64,000 bases of DNA from Tubulanus polymorphus (GCF_964204645.1 NC_134025.1:3100001-3164000); one strand, 5' to 3'. Counted from the first letter of the stretch, positions 20,601 through 35,591 are shown. The notes: a model not told the origin generated them from the letters alone. Translations and numbers: made by a program.

Positions 20601-23600
20601 CCGCCGTGGGGAAAAGGATTCATCACTTCAACAGCGATGTTGTGAAGCTCGTAACAATGCGATTCACATTTCACAGTTGTCTAAAAAAGTAATTTGTGGA
20701 TAAAATATTATCTGATCCTTTTAAAAAACAAAGACAGTAGCCTCTGTTTACCCTGAGCAAATAGCAAGTTTGACTATAATACAGCATATTCAGTTCGTTC
20801 ATAAATGTACCTTGGGTGTGATGCTGTTTATTGCTGATCGTAAGTTGAAAACTAACGTCGATCCCAAGGCAGAACCGATTCTTCTCCCGGTGAGTAACAT
20901 CACTGCTTCAGCTGGTCGTAGGAATCTACTCGTGAATTCGACGGATAAGTTCAGATTGCCGCGCGGTGAAATCGTTATCTCGTGGCCTTTCGGAATTCGA
21001 AAATCTTCGGCATCTCTTCCGGCGATCATCGAGTGGTAAACGAGGGGTTTATTCGACGGATTACTCAAGCGAACCTAGAAAGTGTGAATGAAATATTTGA
21101 AAAAGAAGCCCAAAAACTGGAATACATTGTTCCAAATCAGGCTCAGATCCTGGGAATATCAACCGTATTGCCAAATTACCATATTGTTTAAGCATGTCTA
21201 AGTGACCTCCAAAATAAAGTTTTTTATTCTTATTGACTCTTATTGCCCCCTTAATGCTCTAGAATAGACCTGGATTTCAAAATTATAGACCTGTTTTCTA
21301 ATGAAATATTTGAAAAAGAAGCCCAAAAACTGAAATACATTGTTCCAAATCAGGCTCAGATCCTGGGAATATCAACCGTATTGCCAAATTACCATATTGT
21401 TTAAGCATGTCTAAGTGACCTCCAAAATAAAGTTTTTTATTCTTATTGACTCTTATTGCCCCCTTAATGCTCTAGAATAAACCTGAATTTCAAAATTATA
21501 GACCTGTGTTCTTTAGCTTCACGCCTTTGGAATTTGTGTTGGCTAGGACACTGCGAGTGTCTCTCTTTCAATACTGTCTAGCTTTGGATCAGCCCCTGCA
21601 AATGTTTAAGCGCCTTTAGCTCCATAAACCTTACCTGTCGCATACATGCTGTATGTAAAGCACCGGTGAACTCTATCGTATTTTTCGATAAATACTGCGG
21701 CATACGCTGATACAGATGTACGCACAGTAACATCAACGCTATAGGATTCGGATCAGTGATGTCGATTCCCTGGATGTCATATTCAATACCGATATGTCTC
21801 AATGCATTAACAACCTTCAACGCGTTATGCAGACATTGTTCGGCTGTATTTGGATGCGTGTACATATCTTGTAAATGGCTTCTTATCTACAACAATCAAG
21901 GGAAATTCTCATCATCGATGTTCTTATCATTCCTGAAGATGACGATTAGGATATACATGTAGTTGAAATTTCGAATAAATATCAGTTCAAAGAAACGTTT
22001 CCGACTATTTCCTTATGGTAGATTGAGATTATATATCATTTAGACACAGTGTTTCATCAATGGTAATAAATGTTGATATGACTTACAAGGAATGGACAGT
22101 GGGCTCCTAATACAGCACCGATGACGAGACCATCGAGCAAATCGTAATCAAAATTCACAATCCAACGTGACGGCGGAACTCCTCCTGAATGAGATTAATA
22201 ATACGACCTATTAGAAAAACGAGTTCACTGGAATTCGGTGGAAGCGTCTAAGGAGTATGAAATACAGACCTTTCTCACACCTATCCCAAATACGTTCACG
22301 GAATTGTTCATAAACATGATTCAACCAGGATAAGAGAATACGCTCGGATACACTGTATACATTACTACACAGGGGATCAGGATTGATTGCAGTCATTGAT
22401 GAACCGGTTCCACGCTCCGGTAGCTGCACTGATTTAAACTGACGCGGTGTCACCTTTGAGAATACCAAAGTCTAAAAAACAGAATGTGTAGATGAAATAT
22501 GCGCCCACATTTACCGAAATATGACGTTATGATTGATTTATTTTACCTTCAGAAGTTGTAAAAGAATATCAGTCCAGGCACGTTTTGAAACTGCTTCAAA
22601 TAACTGATCCTCAATTGCTTCTTCTTCCACTGTTAGAACCTTATTTTCCACGATTCCATCTTTGTTCCTTTCATCTTCGAGGGATCTTTGGAACAATAAC
22701 CACTGCTTATAATCGTTGAGTTCCATCAGGTATTCCGGTTTGATTGAGGCGACGCAGGCTCCCTGGCTCCTAAAACAGAGTTCATCATTCGAAATATATA
22801 CAGCACACTGCAATTATAGCAAAAGCAAGAGATGACGAAACTTACTTGAGGAATGTCAGCAGTGTAGCGTGTTGCCAGTAGATTTGCTTCGAACGTTCTA
22901 TCGGGTTTGATGGCAACGGAGAGTTAATCGGAATACCGGGTACAGGTTTACCGAGAAGATGCCCGATCATATCATAAACGGTCTTCACGTCTTTCTTGCC
23001 GCTTTCAGAACTTCCCCACGCAGCACTGGCCGATCCATTTGTCATAGAACTCTTCGATTTCTGTGGCCCTTCGTCACCATTTTTTGAAACACCTCTATCG
23101 AAATATAGATAAAGCCATGACATATAGAGATTGCTAACATACAATGCTAACTCAGTAGTGCGTGCGATGAAACGTACTTTCTCAGAGACGTTGGAATAGT
23201 GATCGGATTTGGACCCGTTGGCCAACCATGAGCAGAAAACCATCGCTGAGCGGCAAACATGACTTCCGTGTGAAAGATGCCTTCTTCGGAGTCTTCCTCC
23301 GGGAATAAAGCTGAACCAAGCGATCGCGATGTAATATCCTGTCTGTTATTACTGTTACGATCTGAGTTTGATAACAGTTTAATCAACGCTCCTTCCCGCG
23401 GTGTACTCGGGTATGTCGATTCTAAAAAATATCCGTGTACCAAACATTCACATACTATCACAGTTCAACAAAGTCATGTCTTTTAGATTTCTAATAATAA
23501 TTGCAAAACTTAGTGTGTATTTCTATGCATAACGCATAATTGTATCATTTGGAGCTGTATTATTTACCGGTGACACTGTGACTCGATTCATAACTAGAAC

Positions 23601-26600
23601 TCGATATCTGAAACTCGGTACTGGTCGCACTTGTGCTCGGTCGACTGCCGGGACGAGGTGGTGACACACACGGTACAAACACAGCCTCACCAGCATTAAC
23701 ACTTTCTGCTGACATCGTTCTCCTGCCTTTTAATGACAGTCCCTGAAAATATAGCAATCTCTAAATGATAAATTTGTCGATCACGGAACACAATAAAATT
23801 TGTTGAAAAACCATTGGTAAAAACACTATATCCGTGTTGAGACGATAATGTGTAGAGAATCCTACATTAATAATGAAAAAATAAGTCCGAAAATGTTTCC
23901 TAGAGCTTGTAGTTTCGACTACAGCATTCCTGGAGATGACTTTTAGAAAAAGTTGAATAAACTACCAACTCAAGGTAACATTAGACTCTTTGCATTCTTA
24001 TTGTGGAATCCTCTACATAAAATCTTTGTTAAAATTAACAAAGTACGGGCAGCTAGATACCTGTTCACAGATTATATGATGGTCAGTTCGATGTTGCGCA
24101 ATAAACGGATAACAAGTTAATAAACAGTTATCTGATGTTGCAGTTACCGATATCGAAGCGCTGAAAATAGTAATGTTTATCGAAGTAAGACCAGAAAAAC
24201 CCCATCATAAGTGCAAGAATTATATTGGAGAATTACACAAGTCACACCTGTTTCCATCTGAGTCAATGAACTTGAGCATTTTTGAGAATGAAACAGGTTT
24301 CGGACTGGAGAATGTCAGTTTACATTTTATAACGCACGGTTCTGTTTGACCATCATCTCCACAACACGGTTGAATAACTAAACATGAAAAACAAATGAGA
24401 AAGATAAGAATGATGAATCAAGTAGATCACAATATCTGTAATGAAAGAATAAATGTGTACTGAATCATAGAATTAACTAACAGCATAAGAGATCTACCGT
24501 AGGATAACACTTACTATTCCGGCTTAGGAAGACGACTTCCAGGGGTGATATTTTGCTGCCATCCTCGCATTCAACCTGAGGATATTCAATCTCGAATTCC
24601 GTCGCCCTGAAAATATTACAGAAATGATGAAATATCGATGTCTATGAATATTTCGACAAATCATCAGCTATTTGAGATATTCATCTTACTTTCGGTAATT
24701 CGCAGTGAGAATGTTGAATTCAGCTGAGACAAATGTTTGAAGCGGAACAGGAGTAAGAACGATCGCTAATGGATCAAACCACATTTTAGGGGCTTTCAGT
24801 TGTCCATACAACTCAAGCATTGTATACGGGTCACAGTATTCATTGTTGATACACAATGGAACAGTACAATGAAACGTGCCAGGCTCACCTACAACATATA
24901 TACAAGTCCAGAACATCATTTAAGGAAAATCTATTGATAGATTACTTTCATGATTCAAATGAAAACTAACGTGGACAAAATGCTGCAAAGAGTTTGAATG
25001 TTTCACCAGGGTCCAAGTATCCAGTTACACCACCCATCCCATGCGTTTCAAAGGGCACACCGTTCCCATGTCTGAATTGGAAGATTCCCGATTCCAGAGC
25101 CTTATTCGCTTTTGAGAGATCAACGGTCCAATTCACTCTCTTATCGCTGTTATTAACAAGTACTGTACACTGAAAAATAATCGAATAATGAAAATTACAA
25201 TTGTACAAATTTAACGGAATCAAAAATGTAACATTCAATTCTCACGAACGAAAACGATACCTTGTTTTGATAGCTTTCACAAGCTGCATTCATATCCAAG
25301 AAATTAGCTGGCAATGTAAATTCCAGTTTATTATGAGATAGTTCGAGAGGTTGTCGTAAAGCGGTGGCAATGATCTTCCTACGCGGTGTAGGTATAGAGA
25401 AATAAATCGGACGAGGGTTGATGATGTGTTGAATGCTGTTTTTGTTCGATGGAGCTGGAGTCGGAGGGAATGGAGTCGGCGATGGAGAAGGTGCAGGCGT
25501 TTCGTTGATCGTAACCGGCATCACAAAGTCATACGAAGCGACCTGGAGAAGAAATAATGAATTTTTTGAAAACGTTCATTTCATTTATAATAATATGACG
25601 TGTCTTATATAGCGCTAAATCCAGCCAGACTTCTCAGAGCGCTTTACATTTTCGGTATCATTACCCAGGCCAATTTTATACTCTAACAAGTATCAGTCAT
25701 CTCTCCCTGGGAGAGTAAAACCGAGCTGCTAACAAGCGCTCAGGAGTCATCTATGAGGCCAGGTACCCATTTACTCCTGGGTGGAGAGGCAATGAGGATA
25801 AGTGTGTTGCCCGAGGACACTACGGCAATGTACGGGGTTCGAACCCACGACCTGGCTTCCCAGAGCTGAACACTAACCACTCGGCCACACCGCTCCGCTT
25901 TCATTGAATATTAAGATAAGTTGAAAAAGAAACTTGCAATGCATCACAAATGAAGACAATAGTAAAAACTGACAGTAAAGTGACCGAAACATTCAAAACA
26001 CCAAAAATGTGCTTTCAGTTTATAACGAAAAATCTCTCACTCCTTGAAAAAAGAGTTCCGTACTAGTTGAAAACTGAGTTTTTGATAAATTTTTTGTGTT
26101 TGAACTTTTTGGATTTTCATTAAGAGTTTGATGCTCTATCATTAACGTTAGAAATTGAGTTGACTGACCTCGGTAGGTTTGAAGAAAAGTTCACAGGCTA
26201 CAATTTCTCCTTCGCCAAGAGTGATCGTATAACAGCCTGGATTCATTAGTGAGAATGTATAATCCTCTGTAAGAATAAATACGAGACACGGAAAACATGA
26301 TTTATAGTACTGAAAAATCCACTGGAAGGAAGAGAAAACTGTAAAGAAAGTATATTTTACTACAGCTATGAAGCTTAGTTTGAGAGCTACTTGAGACTAT
26401 CTATAGACTATAGTTTACTTAGAAGTTCTACAAATTTATGTAATACATAGTTTGATACAAATTAAATGAATGATAAAAGCATTAACAAAGCATTTTCTTG
26501 AAGAAATTTATTACTTTCTAGTATTTGCTATCGTACTAGCCAGCCCTACAGATATACAACATAGGAAATCTTACCTTCACTTTGTTTTATATCTATAGTG

Positions 26601-29600
26601 AAATTATCATTAGAAGATGAACGATCAAAATGTGATGAAGATATGCAATATACATTCAATAAACTGTGCTTGTTCATTCAGTGAAGAGATGATACATGTT
26701 ACTAGGGTGAAATATATGATTTACCTGCAGTTTGGCGATCAGGAAAACTGAGAGTAAAATCAGTATAACGTGATAAATCAAACATCGCTTTAGTCTTGGT
26801 CCCAGTCTGAAAACAGTAGAATTCAACGGTGATCGAACTGCAAAACTTATTGATATATAACGTGTGATAATAGAATCAAAATTACCTTATTTGAAAGGAA
26901 GAACTTGACCGTTTTACTTGAACCACAATAAACCCCACCGAAACTGATATTTTTCTGAAAGAAGCATCAAATCATAGTCAGGCGAAATGTTTATTATCGT
27001 GTCAGACAATCGATAAACTCGTAAAACTTACCAGATCTATATCAACGCACGGAGGTTCGACTGTACCACCCATTCTCAGTTCAACAGTTTTCCATCCGCG
27101 AATAGCTATCTGGATACGTGTATCGAATTTCATCAACGCGTCGGGTGTCAGACACGCTTTCAATTCAGCTGTACCGCCAACAGGGATTATACCGTGAACC
27201 GGCGTTATAGTCAAACCGGGAAACGGATTCGGATCAATCACCTCGAAGAATCCATGATTCTGACTCGTGTTTTGAAGCAATGCCGATTTCGTCGTCGACA
27301 GATGTAGAGGAACCTGTCCGAACATGATTCGTCGATCGATAAACTGCGCGCTCGTGTTTCCAAACTAGAATACAATAGATATATTGAACGATCCCGCAAC
27401 CGATCGTATTATAGAAAATCCAGCGATCAAGATATAAAAACTACGAAAAAGTTTCACCTTTGCTAAACACGATAGATGAATAGTGTTTCCACCATGAACT
27501 TGACAAGAAAACTCTCCATCATCCGGAGCTAAATACGAAGGGTGAAACACAATCTCACAATCCAGGTCGCACCCTGGTTCCACAGTGCCTAAAATGATTA
27601 CAGTAATTATAGCGGTAAATAAATCGAACTGTTTACCGTACTATCGCGAGTATCCCGTAAAGCAAACATACCGGTGGCTGGCCTTATCGAAAACGCTGTT
27701 CCTCTTTCACCGAGAATTGGATTCCATGTAAACTCGGCGGGAAAGTTTAACTTATTACGAAGAGTAACAACTCCACGAAAACCTGTACAAAATATTCTGA
27801 GTTATGACATTTAACTGCAAACGAACTGTTTTTACAATTAACCTATTGGATAGAGTGCGTGTTAGCACATTATTATAATTTTCATTAGCTTACCTGCATC
27901 TGATGGTTGCCCCGGTGATGGACTAACTTCGATGACGGATTTATTTAGTTCTAAAGCCACAGGGACAACTTCAGCAGTCACCGTAACGTGACTTTTATAC
28001 ATTTTGTTGATTGTGTAGGTAACCGACCTTTAAACAAATTAATATAACATACAATATATCAGCAAATAAATTCATTTCAATGAAAGTTATGAATTTCAAC
28101 GGATGTACCGTACCTTTCAAAGTGTCCTTTAGTGTTGGATTCGAATATAAGAGGCAAAATAGCTTTTGATTTTGGTGGCACAACTTGAGAAAGAGGACTG
28201 GTTTGCCTTAGTTCTCGACAATCGACCTAAAGTAGATATGAATTAGATATAATATTCAAACAACAAACTCGTTAATCGTTAATTTTGTTGAAAGGGAATG
28301 TAAATTTTACTATACGTACATCTACAACGACATGTACGAATTGGTCGAGGTTGTTAATGATGTTCAGTTCCTTCATGCTGACAGATCGCAAACAAACTTC
28401 ACCAAATTCAACTTTTTGAGGACCTAATGAAAATGCCACGGATTAACAGCATTTCTAATCACGATAACGCCAAATATAAACTCTGCAAATTTGAAAACTT
28501 ACTGATTGTAATATGATGAAGTTCTTGTGGAGTAAGAATACGGCTACAGTCTCTTTTTTCAGCAGCGGTTACAGGTACGGCATTGAGACCTTCTTTAACC
28601 TGAAACGGTAACAATGAGTAGCATGAGTACAACCTGTTACAAGTTTATAGTATATTTCAGTGAGTATAGATATGAACTTACTGGTTTTCTCGTTGCATTT
28701 CGATCCATAGTTTGTAAATGTTTGCTACTTAGAACCTGGTAATGAGCATTCGGTGGTGTCTTTGCTGAAAATGCACAATTTGTACGTAAATTTCACTGAG
28801 TAATGCACATTATCATTGTATGTGATACAATAATTTCTTTACTTACGTCTTGGGTCTGGTTTGATTTCTTCCAAAAGAAGTTTCTTTGGTTGAATTCCGG
28901 CGGCAGTTTTTATTCCGATATCAGTTTTATTATTAGTCAAAGCAAATTCTCTGAAAAAGAAGGCAGAATCACGGTTAAAATACATGTACACGTATAGCTG
29001 TAGCTTTAAATACAGTTTCTACAAAAATTCACCTCTTTTGGCCGGAATTGTTTCTATTTTCACGCATGTCACTGATGAATTGTTTATAGAAGTCTCGATG
29101 TGCTTTCACTTTGGCAGCCTCCTCTTCAGTGTACGCGTAATCAGGATCTATATATGTGTGGCGATCCATTCCAGTGAAAATTGTCCTAAAGAAATACACG
29201 CGTCTTTTAGATATTGCTACATGTTGAGAGAAATCATCGAATTATCTGACTATCTTACTTGTATTGCTCTTTTGTATTACTAGGACGTACACTTTGAGCT
29301 CTATCATTTGGAAATGCAACTTTCATCGTACGCGAAGCTGTTTTTGCCGATTGAGTTTTATGAAGATCGGTCTCTAACGCGTTCAACATCGCGGCCCTCG
29401 GCCTCTTTTCAGCGTTCTCGAAATTAGTATCGACGCAGATACCGACCTCGTTCGTAATCGCAGGGGTGATACCCGCATTGAATTTGGGTGATTTTTTCAC
29501 CGTGACCGGGTCGCTCTTTCCCAGGAATGCTAACGGCTGGGTGTGTATGACCTCGAGGTAAGCTCTCAATGGATTCACACCATCAGCAACCTGTCCGATT

Positions 29601-32290
29601 ATATCCATCATCTGTATCGTCTTAAACGAACCTGTAACGAGTAACGATATAATATCATATATATTTGCAGATGCTGCCTGCGATCTATTGTCTCATCTAC
29701 GAGGAAATACTTCGGATTCAGAGATTGATGATCTGAACGTTTTTAGTCTGAAACATCTGCAGTTTGGAAAAGCGCACGGACTATAGACGCAGTTTTTAAC
29801 AACGCACATAAACACTGGTGAACTAATTTTAAATCTAGAATCAAAATTATGCGAAATTATCGAACCAAGTCCTGACCTTTATCTTTTACTTACCAACTTG
29901 ATTGGGAGCGAAAGAGAACATCATTTCAATTGATTCGCCGGGATTAATCCTGCCCTTCGTCGGTTTAGCAGTAAAGTGCGCGACTCTTCTGAACTCAAAC
30001 AGCACTGGAAGTTCGCTGGACTCATTCTTCACCGTACATATACTATCGACGTGTTCTCCGACTAAACACTTGCCGAAATCATATTTCAGGGATGGAGATA
30101 ATTTCAACTGGACAGGTAAAGCCGTGCCTATCATTGCAACCTCCAAACCTGATGCTGTAATTATGAATAATGATTTCTTCTCGGTAATCATTTAGCGGAA
30201 AACATAATTTTTTCTATAACCAGTTCTATGATTTTACTCACATGAAACATTGCTTTTTCCTGTTCCTACGATCTGTAATGCCATGTATAGAGCAAAGTCT
30301 TGACGTGGGGGATTTACATCGTGACTCTTCCAACCAACCGAAGAAGAATTCCACCTGTTACGACGATCGATAGAAATGATGAAACTGGATTCGAAATTCA
30401 CCCTTGAAAATTATATTCAAATTATATTTATTGAACACGTACCGTGGACTGAAGCGGAAAAAGATGGGAATCTTTTCGTAAGCGGCCAAACTTCCCTGGT
30501 TCGGAATAACGGTAACTAATGATGTTAATGGATTCGTGGAACCATCTGAATTGTCCTGATTTTCTCCGCCAGTCGCCATTACTGCTAAAGTGGTTTTAGT
30601 TAAATCAGTGCCCTGAAAGACAGATTTAAATTGTTGATTAGATTAAAACACAAAATACACAGTACACAATGTACATACATTCAAAATGCAATTACCAGTA
30701 TTAAGAGAAAACTTACAACTTCTTGTCCTTCTGCAAGATCTTGTAAAACAGCGACAAATTTCACTGGTTCTGGGCTATTGTTGTACAGTATTGCCATTTC
30801 AGTTTTATCAGTTCCGTAATATGTGCTACTAAATTGGATACTGCGTAAAGGCTGTTCTGTGTCAAAAGACAGAAGATCTAGTTGTCGTTGCACTACATTG
30901 CCTGTTATTCTCATAGGAATCCCCTCTGCATTTGAATCAAATACAACTCTGAAAATAGAATTTATAAAATACAAGATTCAAGAGTCAGATTTATGAACCT
31001 TGAAATTTCTACATTTCTCACAACCCTTACAATGACATTTTTCACATTTTTGTTCATGAAATATAAGGTTATTTCATGTTATTTTTCACACTTGTCCAGA
31101 TCAAAATGCGCAAGGTAAAATAGCATGCGCTTATTGATCATAATCTGGACAGACTAAAATGAATTTTCACAAATTCAACATATGTGCATATATTTTGAGC
31201 TCCATGGTATAGGCTTATGGTATAGAAAGGGATCAAAGTATTTTGACAAACATTTTTCTTGAATTCTTCGCACATTTCAGGATTATTCAGAATTTTTTCA
31301 CTATCCTCTCATTTATCAGTCTTCAACAAATTTTCACATTTTTCATCATGTGTTTACACATCAACCTGACCCCTGATGTAAGTCGTAGGTAAAAATGAGA
31401 TTTTTCACAATATTCATTGCATCGTGAATTCTGCTTACCGAGCCTCCTCATCGAAATTCCCGACATCTTTAGTCACGTACTCCACCTAAAATATTATCAA
31501 TGTCTTATAAAAAATGTGCCTTAGATATAAACATTTGGGAATAAGAAAAAAGTTGACAAAAAGTGAAAAGTCTTACCTTTAGAATTTGTGCTGTTTTAGC
31601 AGGGACTGTTCCTGTATTAGGAATTATTGAAATTGGCCTTTTGCCAGCGTATTTGATTTTGAAATTTCCAGCTTTTGAGCCGTGGTTAACGATGGATATT
31701 TCTCGAGATATAACTTTGCCCGTAGCCGTTACATTACCGAAATTAACAATACCATTCACTTCGAGAGATGGTCGGCAAGGATACCTGAAACAAATATCAT
31801 ATTTCGATGAAATGGTTTCATCATTCAGATTAATTCTATTTCTGTTATAAGTCCTACTCACGCCAGCAGTGGAATTTCTATGACTTCTCCATCAACGGTT
31901 AACACAAGTCTATCTTTAGAATCTGTGTCTTCTGATGTTTCATATTCAACAACGGCTGTTACTTCTAATCCCGGAGCTACTGGCTCTTCTGGGTTTGATA
32001 CTTTCAATGTGAATTTCTGGACAAAATAAACGATAAATTTAGAATATTTTTTGGGACTGGGTTGTGACCAACAATAACTTCCATTAGCACTCAGGGCCTG
32101 TAAGTTAGGCCGGAGGACCAACAAGGATGTAAATAATTACCTTAGTTTGTGGCCCATAAAATCTGATAGCTTTGCTAGCTTTATCAATGTTTTTCACAAC
32201 TATCGTAGCACGTTGAAGGATGTCTGTTTCGGCATCGGAGAATTCAACAGCGGGTGGAATTATTCGAACTCCACAAATGTCACCCTTCAT
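14671..32290 (-). CDS. CFAP47: Cilia- and flagella-associated protein 47 (ASH/Ig-like repeats plus calponin-homology domain), more than 40 short exons
   Basis: N-terminus MKGDICGVRIIPPAVEF...PVAPGLEVTAVVEY...LEVNGIVNFGNV...EISIVNHGSKAG. CH region YSVSERILLSWLN...HNALKVVNALRHIGIEYDI...DPNPIALMLLCVHLYQRMP. C-terminus MQWTYMIRGIPPDYAPP...NYIRENIKLL. All are characteristic of CFAP47. Confidence 0.92.
20070..20346. mobile_element. Degenerate hAT-like MITE in a CFAP47 intron
   Basis: Ends cagattggccac / gtggccaccctg, with internal TTTCCCTGAC-like repeats. The TSD is not clean. Confidence 0.45.
21087..21505. repeat. 213-bp near-identical tandem duplication in a CFAP47 intron
   Basis: 21087-21299 is repeated from 21300 with only a few substitutions. 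Confidence 0.9.
25586..25898 (-). mobile_element. Full-length tRNA-derived SINE with a CORE-like centre and L2-like tail
   Basis: Minus strand: A box TGGCCGAGTGG, B box GGTTCGAACCC, CORE-like gtgtcctcgggcaacacactt, 3' tail aaagcgctctgag...gcgctatataag and (tat)n. Possible TSD tttcatt. Confidence 0.8.
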
Positions 32291-32733
32291 TTTTGGGAAG
32301 GGCAAAAGCTTAATAACTTCAAAAAGCGCTTCTTAAGACAAAAATACTTATGATTGATTGTTTACGAAAGGTTTCTCTAATTCATAGCTCCATCATTAAT
32401 TTCAAGCGAGAAAAACAGAAATCAATTTCACTTATTTCCTGGTTGACTGTATTCTTGACACTGATTCGTTACGGTGCATGGCGAACAAAACGCCTTATTG
32501 AACAGATTGTTACTAAATTAAACAAGTCAAGGCGAAACGTTGTTCAAATCTTATTATGAAGTACTTTCTAAAAACCTAATAAATCTATTCAGAACATAAG
32601 AGAAAACAAGAATATAGTTTCGTTGGTCATTTTGATTGCTTATGAGTGAATAGATTTGTAGGAAGCGTAGATGAAATGTATCAGATTGCCATAGAACGGC
32701 ACGAAAACCTAACGCGTCCTTATCCTGTCACTC

Positions 32734-32790
32734 TTGTTTACGCGTTGCTCGTGGCGACGGCTTGCTTGTTACTAAGCTGGATGTAAACAA
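32734..32790. promoter_or_regulatory. Bidirectional motile-cilia promoter: X-box flanked by two forkhead sites
   Basis: TTGTTTAC (32734-32741), X-box-like GTTGCTCGTGGCGAC (32744-32758) and GTAAACAA (32783-32790), between divergent CFAP47 and DNAJB13. Confidence 0.6.
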
Positions 32791-32865
32791 CATTTACTTC
32801 CTGGTTCTCGTTAAAATCGACTTTTTCGGCATTTATTTTATAGCAACGCCATTTAATCGACCAAA

Positions 32866-34779
32866 ATGGGCCAAGACTACTACAACATCTTGAAACTTAC
32901 CCGCAAGGCAACAGATGCAGACATCAAAAAAGCGTACGTATCTCATAATTCCATTTAAACCGATACTTTTTATATATCAAAGTCAAATTCAATAGAAACT
33001 TTATTTGACAAATCGAACATTCATTTTCAGGTATAGGAAACTTGCTCCCAAATATCACCCTCAGAAAAATCCAGATGATCAAGATGCCTATGAAAAATTC
33101 AAACAAGTGGCTGAAGCATATGATGTGCTAGCGGATAGTAAGCGTTTTAATTTTTCCAGCAGACCTGCATATCCGCTCCATCAATAGAAGATCTCTACTA
33201 TCCTCTAGTTTATATCCATATAACTGACTGAACATTATTTCTAGGTAGTAAAAGAGCGACGTATGATCAGTTTGGAGAAGAAGGACTAAAAGGAGGCGTT
33301 CCTCATGGCAGTGGTGAGGCTGGTGCTTGGACTGAAGGATATGTTTTTGCTGCAAATCCTGAAAAAGTCTTTCGTGACTTTTTCGGCGGAGATAATCCTT
33401 TTCAAGGTAAACGATAAGCAAACGATCAGTTAATTCTGATATCTTTATAGAGAATGTTTTGTGACGTATTGAAATTCAATGAATGTGGATTTAATTGTAG
33501 AATTTTTTGACCGCGTGGATGGTGACATGAGTATGAGTTTTGGTGGCCTCGAAGGAAGGGGAAAGAAGAAGCAAGATCCTCCCATCGAACGAGAACTAGC
33601 TTTATCATTGGAAGAAGTTTTTCATGGTTGCACGAAAAAAATGAAAATATCACGAAGGGTAAGTAAATGAGTTATTGAAAGAAGCTTCAGTTTGTTTGCT
33701 TAAGAAAACTGAATATATGTCGATGTATCTTAGGTAATGAATGATGATGGTCACACATCCAGTATCAGAGATAAGATATTGACAATTACCGTGAAGCGAG
33801 GATGGAGACCTGGTACACGTATCACATTCCCTGAAGAAGGCGACCAAGGACCAAATAACGTTCCAGGTATTTGATTTTCAATTTTGTTGAAATATTAATT
33901 GATATTTAACAGATTGATTAAACTGTCAGCGTTGTGATGATTGACAAAAATATAGAAATCCCACTAAGAATGAAAATAAATAGTATGTGAAAAGTTTCCT
34001 TTTTAGTTCATAGTTTTCCTTCCTAGTTTATTCAATGTTTGAACAATGTCCTAATGGTCATCTTCAGGAATAATGATCATGACTCCTGAGGATGACTATT
34101 AGGATATAGTGGAAACACTGGAAAAACTAAAGGTTAAGGAAACCTTTCAACCTCTATTTTTCGTTCTAAGTAGATTTAATATCGAATTGACATTTACATA
34201 TATTGATTTCTTTCAGCCGATATCATTTTCATAGTTAGAGACAAACCACACGACAGATTCAGTCGAGATGGTGTAAATCTAATACATACAGCTAGTGTAC
34301 CATTAGGGAAAGCACTCACCGGAACTATCGTTGATATATACACATTAGACGACCGAATACTTCATATTCCTATCAATGACATCGTCAGGTAAATGATTGA
34401 ATAGATTTCTCAATCTAATCGAACAGAAAACCACAAGATAATGTTTGAAAGTGTTTTTGAAATTTCGAAGTCATATAATTGAGTGGAAAAGTCAAATGAT
34501 CTTGTAGTTTTTTCTTTATAATATCAGTATTTCTTCAATTCAATTAGACTGTTATTTGTCTTACTGTTACCATTCTCCTTCTAGACTTGGAATTGAATAT
34601 TCATGTTGATTAATAATCATTTCAGACCAGGATACGCAAAAGTAGTTCCCGGTGAAGGGATGCCGCTTTCTAATGATCCATCAAAGAAAGGAGATCTTCT
34701 GATCAGATTTGACGCTCAGTATCCGGCACATCTGAGTCCTGATGACAAACAACTGATTAAACGAGCTCTGCCGGAATAA
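32866..34779 (+). CDS. DNAJB13: DnaJ homolog subfamily B member 13 (radial spoke HSP40/RSP16)
   Basis: [13 protein letters not shown]...[14 protein letters not shown] (HPD replaced by HPQ, as typical of the non-canonical DNAJB13 J domain), [63 protein letters not shown]. Eight GT-AG exons. Confidence 0.93.
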
Positions 34780-35591
34780 ACCATTCAAACTCTCTGTAAT
34801 TTTACTGGATTTAAGAATAATATCATGTAATCGGAAAAAATCTGTATATAAATAAATGTTATAATAATAAATCTAATTATTATTTATATTAAATGATTTA
34901 ATGTTAAATTTACGATGTGTTTGTGTTAGTTCTTGCTTCAAGTCAGGACATTTCCCAAATACGTATTCAGGGCATTACATTTTGTCCCTTCATTCATGGA
35001 TGACGGGATGAATGAACTCTAGCCTGTCAGTTTTCTTAGGTATCAGAAGATATCAATTGGCATTCAATAATTAAGATGAAATCCCGCCTTCAAAAAAGGA
35101 GAAAAAAACTGTTAAAATCAAAATTTTGGCCGTGACCTTTTTTCCTACGTATGTCTTTTAACTTTATCGGATTATATCCTAATAGTCATCGCCACGAATA
35201 CTATTTGTATAGATATCGAATACTTGGCCAAGGGAAACGTTTGTTTCTTTCGTATTGTGGGATTTTAATTTTACCAACACGGGCAAAGTATTTCATTAAG
35301 GTTATCGATTTGTATTTATTCTAATATCGAATATTATTTCATCAAAAATTCAGCGGCGATATTTTTGCTTCGGTTGAACATTTAATCGTTCTCAGGAAAA
35401 TTCTACAAAAATGACAGCCACCTACGTCTATAGCGTAAATCCATTCTGAGAAGTGTTGTTTGTGTCAAGGAAACATGTAAGTCAAATGTGCATGATTGGT
35501 GTTTAGGGAGGGGATTAAGGTGTGTCTCTCTCTACTGCTTATAAGTTCCTTGGCGCATCCCTGATATTTTGTTATGTCATCTCGGACGAAC

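Noticed and set aside
25825-25897. tRNA gene
   Set aside because: No proper cloverleaf or terminator; it continues into the SINE body.
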